From Nitrospira sp. (GTDB taxonomy: Bacteria > Nitrospirota > Nitrospiria > Nitrospirales > Nitrospiraceae), in the NCBI GenBank assembly GCA_047150005.1, contig AP038806.1, forward strand, positions 256,001 to 320,000: DNA of 64,000 bases. The letters are read 5' to 3'. Made by a program: the position numbers and the translations under genes. This document shows positions 59,508-64,000 of the stretch, one piece after another. The notes beneath the pieces are model-generated. The model was not told the origin of the DNA and made no database searches. It saw nothing but the letters and a program-made list of their open reading frames with translations. Within the stretch, counting starts at the first letter, position 1, and each line of letters opens with the position of its first letter.

Positions 59508-60725
59508 ATGTGGATTTTCCTCCGAATTATCCTCCTAAGTATCATCCTTCTGATTGTTCCCTACCGCACCCAGGCCGATCAACCGGACCAAATCTCTGAG
59601 CGATGGGCTGCCTTGTTTTCCGACCAGGAGTCAGCCAGTCGTGTCCCTCGGACGCCTTCCTCCTTGTATCAGACGAACCTGACCGCCACCTTCTCCCTAC
59701 CCGTCGTCTCCTCCCGTCTGCGGGACCTGTCACCCGAAACCGATCAGCCGCGAACGCGGGGCCTGCTGGCCGCAACAACCTGGTTGAAGGGGACATTCAC
59801 GAGTGAAGCTGAGGTCGCCAATAATCAGGGGGGGACAGGCTGGCTACAGAGAAGCATTCCCGGCAACAGATACGACGACGTATCCGACCGGATGGTCAGA
59901 GTCGGCTTGACCGGGGCAGCCGGGGTCATGCGTTACGGCATGACGTACCGCTCAGCCGGGCAGGCCTTTCTCAATGGACCCGATACGGCGGTGCGGGAAG
60001 TCTGGGGAGAATGGAAACACGGCTGGACGACGCTTCGCAGCACAATCGGCCAGCAATGGAACAATGTCGCCGGGGACGCTGCCCGAAACCGGCTCGAACA
60101 GACCTATGGACGAGTCGGTGTCGGTTGGAATAAACCGGCCTGGCCATCGCTGACCCTGACATACGCGAAGAATTCGCTCAGCAGCACGCTCAACCCCATC
60201 GGCCTGGCCCCTCAGCGGACCCATAACCATACGTTGGAAGCGGCACTCGCCTATAACAGTGCCCGTTGGAACGCCACGCTGGCCTCGAGTTACATCATCG
60301 GCAACGATCTACTCCACAACGGAGCCGAGAGCAACATCAAGATGCAGCTCGTAACGGCGTCCTTTCGTCCGTTGAATACGTTGACCATCGCCCCGACTCT
60401 CATGTATCGGAAAGAAGAACAGGAATGGTCCGGCGTGCGGATCGATTCCCCTTCGGCATCGCTCGCGCTGCAGTACAAGCAAAGCCGACGGCTCTTGATC
60501 ACCGCCATGGGCAATTACGCCGGCGTTCGCTCAAGCGACAGACTGGTTGATCTCGAGAACCTCGGCGGAAAAGGCGTCTTGGCCTGGGACCTTCAGCAGT
60601 CGGCACATTGGATGACCTTGCTCTCGCTGGAGGCAGGCTATACCCGCCAAACGAACCATGCGACGCCGTCGGCCGACACGGAGGACATCTCCGGAGTCGT
60701 GAGGTTCGTACTCGCCTCCCTCTGA
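59508..60725 (+). CDS. Hypothetical exported protein, probable outer-membrane beta-barrel
   Basis: Signal peptide and many amphipathic beta-strand patterns (SLTLTY, EAALAY, SLALQY, LEAGY). Confidence 0.65.
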   Translation: MWIFLRIILLSIILLIVPYRTQADQPDQISERWAALFSDQESASRVPRTPSSLYQTNLTATFSLPVVSSRLRDLSPETDQPRTRGLLAATTWLKGTFTSEAEVANNQGGTGWLQRSIPGNRYDDVSDRMVRVGLTGAAGVMRYGMTYRSAGQAFLNGPDTAVREVWGEWKHGWTTLRSTIGQQWNNVAGDAARNRLEQTYGRVGVGWNKPAWPSLTLTYAKNSLSSTLNPIGLAPQRTHNHTLEAALAYNSARWNATLASSYIIGNDLLHNGAESNIKMQLVTASFRPLNTLTIAPTLMYRKEEQEWSGVRIDSPSASLALQYKQSRRLLITAMGNYAGVRSSDRLVDLENLGGKGVLAWDLQQSAHWMTLLSLEAGYTRQTNHATPSADTEDISGVVRFVLASL

Positions 60726-60767
60726 TGCCTCCCGACCTACCGTCTCATTCATGCCTTCACGACCTAG

Positions 60768-61945
60768 GGAAGGTCTGATTTATTCCTCTTCCGAGATATG
60801 CTAAGGATGGCGCCTCACTTCTGAGGAGGCACCCCCATGCCGCAACAGACCTTTGCCGAGGGCACGTTCGAACAGTATCGCAAACCCACCCGCCGCGAGC
60901 GGTTCCTCGACGAGATGGATCGCGTGGTGCCGTGGGCGGAGTTGGTGGCCGTGATCGAGCCGGTCTATCCCAAGGCCGAGGGCCCGGGGCGTCCACCGAT
61001 CGGGATCGAACGCATGCTGCGCCTCCATTGTCTGCAACAATGGTTCAACCTGTCGGACCCCGCCGTGGAGGAAGCGTTGTACGACTCGCGGGCCATGCGG
61101 CAGTTCGTGGGCATTGATCTGGGCCGTGAGCCCGTGCCCGACGAGACGACCATCTGCAAGTTTCGGCATCTCTTGGAGGCCCACGAGTTGGGGAAACAGC
61201 TCTTTGCGCGGATCGGCACGTATCTGGCGGCGCAGGGCTTGACCGTGAGCCGGGGCACCATCGTGGATGCCACCATTATCAGTGCCCCCAGTTCGACGAA
61301 GAATCGTACGAAGGAGCGGGATCCGGAGATGCATCAGACAAAGAAGGGAAACCAGTGGTACTTCGGCATGAAGGCCCATATTGGCGTGGACAGCCGCACC
61401 AAGCTGATTCATTCGGTCGCGGCCACGGCGGCGAATATCCATGACAGTCAGGTGTTGCCCAAACTGCTGCATGGGCAGGAGACCCGGGTGTGGGGCGACT
61501 CAGCTTATAGCGGGCAACGTGACGTGATGCAGCGCCACGCCCCCAGGGCCAAGAGCTTCGTGCAGACGAAAGCCCATCGCCATCAGCCGCTGAGTGAACC
61601 GGAGCGGGCCAGGAACCGGACGAAGTCGAAGGTCCGTGCGAAGGTCGAACATGTGTTCTTGGTGATGAAGCGGATCTTCGGCTGGGCCAAAGTCCGGTAC
61701 CGTGGGTTGGCGAAGAACACCCACTGGCTCCAGATCAGCTGCGGCTTGGCCAATCTGTACATGGTGCGGCGACGGCTTTTGGCGGAGACGTAGGGAACGG
61801 GGGTCCGGAGACTGGCAACGAGCCATCGGACGGTGGGTGCGCCCCATGAACAGGCTCCCGGACCAGCGGATGCCTACCGGATTCGTCCTGCTGATCAGCC
61901 CAGGAACAAATTTCTGAGTGGAAATGTGAATAAATCAGACCTTCC
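60768..61945 (+). mobile_element. Intact IS5-family insertion sequence (1178 bp)
   Basis: Perfect 18-bp TIRs GGAAGGTCTGATTTATTC (60768-85 and 61928-45); CTAG target duplication at 60764-67 and 61946-49. Confidence 0.95.
60837..61793 (+). CDS. IS5-family DDE transposase
   Basis: TRRE.FL.EM..VVPW, LQQWF.LSD, PDETT, IVDATII, W.FGMKAH.GVD, GDSAY, RAKVEH.F...K..FG..K.RYRGL.KN. Confidence 0.97.
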   Translation: MPQQTFAEGTFEQYRKPTRRERFLDEMDRVVPWAELVAVIEPVYPKAEGPGRPPIGIERMLRLHCLQQWFNLSDPAVEEALYDSRAMRQFVGIDLGREPVPDETTICKFRHLLEAHELGKQLFARIGTYLAAQGLTVSRGTIVDATIISAPSSTKNRTKERDPEMHQTKKGNQWYFGMKAHIGVDSRTKLIHSVAATAANIHDSQVLPKLLHGQETRVWGDSAYSGQRDVMQRHAPRAKSFVQTKAHRHQPLSEPERARNRTKSKVRAKVEHVFLVMKRIFGWAKVRYRGLAKNTHWLQISCGLANLYMVRRRLLAET

Positions 61946-62779
61946 CTAGGAAAGACGCACGGGTTCCCCGCGCACAACGGACAAACGAACAGAGGCGCTC
62001 GACTCCTTCAAAAAGATCTCGACGTAGCCTCCGCTATTGATCAAGGCATGCGGAGTCTGGGAATCCCCCTCACTATAACTACCCACCAATCCGTCGATGA
62101 CATGACCCAGGAGACGAATGATAGGGTTCGGCCTTTTGGCCGCCGCCTGCCATTGCTTGACGTGGTCGGCGGCGAGATTGGTGATCAGATTACCGAAGCG
62201 ATCGATGTGAACGACTTCTCCGACCAGTGCCGCTTGCTCCCCCGCATGCTCCCACCGAGGCGATTGAGCGTGAAATTTCCTATACGACTGCAGTAGCCGT
62301 CCGAATGAGGCAAATGATTCGTTTTTCGTGAGCCAAGCCGCAGCGGGAGCAAACAGGTCTCGTCCGTCGAACGTCCGTCCGATGGGTTCCAAGCGGTATT
62401 GCTTGTTCTCGATCTCCCGCACTTCGATGTCCTGCTCGTCCTCAGCCACGTGCGACAGCAGACCATTATCGGGCGCGAGGAAGAAGTACTGCGCACTCCT
62501 GGCGATCAGCGGTCGCCGTTCGCTGCCTACGCCTGGATCGACCACGGCGACATGCACCGTGCCTGGAGGAAACGACCGATAGCACGACTTGAGGAGATAT
62601 GCGGCATGCTCAACGGCATGAGGAGGAACCTCGTGGGTCAGATCGATGATCGTCGCCTGGGGATTGATCGAGAGGATGACGCCCTTCATGCTCGCCACGA
62701 ACCAATCGGCGGTTCCGAAGTCCGTCAACAGGGTGATCAGTCCCAAGGGGTGCAGCACCGAGGCAGGACCTTTCAGCAT
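61946..62779 (-). CDS. DUF62 SAM hydroxide adenosyltransferase / chlorinase-fluorinase family protein
   Basis: LLTDFG..D, D.TH, VVDPGVGS.R, PDNGLL, TFDGRDLFAP, D.FGN..TN, NS.G..EI. Confidence 0.9.
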   Translation of the reverse strand: MLKGPASVLHPLGLITLLTDFGTADWFVASMKGVILSINPQATIIDLTHEVPPHAVEHAAYLLKSCYRSFPPGTVHVAVVDPGVGSERRPLIARSAQYFFLAPDNGLLSHVAEDEQDIEVREIENKQYRLEPIGRTFDGRDLFAPAAAWLTKNESFASFGRLLQSYRKFHAQSPRWEHAGEQAALVGEVVHIDRFGNLITNLAADHVKQWQAAAKRPNPIIRLLGHVIDGLVGSYSEGDSQTPHALINSGGYVEIFLKESSASVRLSVVRGEPVRLS

Positions 62780-62909
62780 GATTCGGGCACAAACCAGCGG
62801 CCCTCAGCCGACGGCTGACACCAAGTCCCAACGGAGCGACGGAGCGGCGGAACTTCGGGCGGGACGATGACGCATCGGCCGTGATCCGCACCCGCCTTTC
62901 CGGCACCGG

Positions 62910-63386
62910 CTAGAGTTCCTCGAAGCGGATCTCCACCACCTCGTACTCCACCATCTTGACCGGCGTCTTCACCTCGACGAAATCGCCGACGCGCTTTCCG
63001 ATCAACGCCCGCCCGACCGGCGACTGGATGGAAATTCTGTTGAACTTCATATCCGCTTCGTCCTGGCCGACCAGCGTATACTGCCGTTTCGACTGCGACT
63101 CCTGCTCGATCACCGAAACGGTCGCGCCGAAGACCACGGTGTCCGACGTCCGCCCTGCAATCTCGACGACGCGCGCGTCGGCCAGTTTCGTCTCGATTTC
63201 GGCGATGCGCGACTCGATGAATCCCTGCCGTTCCTTTGCGGCATCATATTCCGCATTTTCGCTTAGATCGCCGTGGGACCTTGCCTCCGCGATGGCTTCA
63301 ATGACCTGCGGACGCTCGACCTTGCGCAAACGGTCCAGTTCCGCCTTCAAGGCGTCGTAGCCTTTCTTGGTGATGGGCGTCGGCAT
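62910..63386 (-). CDS. greA: Transcription elongation factor GreA
   Basis: AR.HGDLSENAEYDAAKE.Q, FGATV, IS..SPVGRALIGK. Confidence 0.97.
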   Translation of the reverse strand: MPTPITKKGYDALKAELDRLRKVERPQVIEAIAEARSHGDLSENAEYDAAKERQGFIESRIAEIETKLADARVVEIAGRTSDTVVFGATVSVIEQESQSKRQYTLVGQDEADMKFNRISIQSPVGRALIGKRVGDFVEVKTPVKMVEYEVVEIRFEEL

Positions 63387-63388
63387 GC

Positions 63389-64000
63389 CTATGCATCTCC
63401 TCTCGACGTACAGTGATACTCTTGCAGCGTTTTGATGGCCAACTCCTTCTTGACGACGGCCTCGATCCCCATAACGGCCGCGCGAGCGCCACGCATCGTC
63501 GTGAAATACGCCAACCCCCTGTTCAAAGCTTCCCGCCTGATGGAGAGTGAATCCTGATGACCCGATGCGGTTCGCACCGTATTGACCACCAAGGCCACAT
63601 CCCCGTTCTTGATATAGTCCACGATATGCGGTCTTCCCTCGGTGACCTTATGAACGGTGCGCACCTCCATCCCGTGGCTATGGAGATAGGCCGCGGTACC
63701 GCTTGTGGCCAGAATGGAAAAACCCAGCCGGCGAAGATGCCTGGCGACCTCGAGCGCCGCGGCACGGTCGCCCTCCTTCACGCTGAGGAACGCCGTCCCT
63801 CCTCGTGGAAGCATCGCCCCGGCTCCCGCCTGCGATTTGGCGTAGGCCCATCCGAAATCCGCATCGATACCCATGACCTCACCGGTCGATTTCATCTCAG
63901 GCCCAAGCAGGACATCCACCCCCGGAAACTTGTTGAACGGAAAGACGGATTCCTTCACGGACAAGTGGACTGGAGCGGGGGCCTGCATGAAGCCCAGTTC
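63389..64000 (-). CDS. carB: Carbamoyl-phosphate synthase large subunit, C-terminal part (runs off window end)
   Basis: VKESVFPF.KF.GVD..LGPEMKSTGEVMG and MGS domain (AT.GT, V.K..EGRP, NT, D...IRR.A); upstream of greA. Confidence 0.95.
   Translation of the reverse strand, partial: ELGFMQAPAPVHLSVKESVFPFNKFPGVDVLLGPEMKSTGEVMGIDADFGWAYAKSQAGAGAMLPRGGTAFLSVKEGDRAAALEVARHLRRLGFSILATSGTAAYLHSHGMEVRTVHKVTEGRPHIVDYIKNGDVALVVNTVRTASGHQDSLSIRREALNRGLAYFTTMRGARAAVMGIEAVVKKELAIKTLQEYHCTSRGDA

Overview
This is a GC-rich bacterial chromosomal segment. Gene content and order suggest Nitrospira/Nitrospirota, but that is an inference and was not checked. From left to right it holds: an EmrB(partial)-NodT-EmrA efflux unit; a CHASE3/HAMP/PAS kinase with a sigma54 response regulator; an orphan lipoprotein; a cupin; a TPR-2OG-Fe(II) oxygenase-like fusion; and a minus-strand AsmA-like / M24 peptidase / archease / RtcB / PilZ run. 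Next come an MFS transporter and cyclophilin, then a ~16 kb iron/metal island (TonB, DUF3649, ZIP transporter, a run of Cys-rich microproteins, a redoxin lacking its catalytic Cys, PepSY-TM, DUF3325, FecI-FecR-TonB-dependent receptor, RND pump, two near-identical Fur-box-like sites). After that are a divergent MEMO1-family gene and a Phd/YefM-RelE toxin-antitoxin pair between two ~220 bp REP/MITE-like repeats next to a RAYT remnant. A 7-gene uncharacterised operon follows, built around a GlmL/MutL-type ASKHA ATPase and four membrane proteins, with no glutamate mutase genes in the window; it is the best candidate for an undescribed system. The right end has a housekeeping block (lepA-lepB-hldA-kdsB-pyrG-kdsA-kdsD-pgsA-plsY), bioA, an intact IS5 element inserted at a stop codon, a DUF62 enzyme with an altered catalytic motif, greA and partial carB. 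No rRNA, tRNA or CRISPR array was seen. Family assignments come from motifs recognised by eye; no searches were run.
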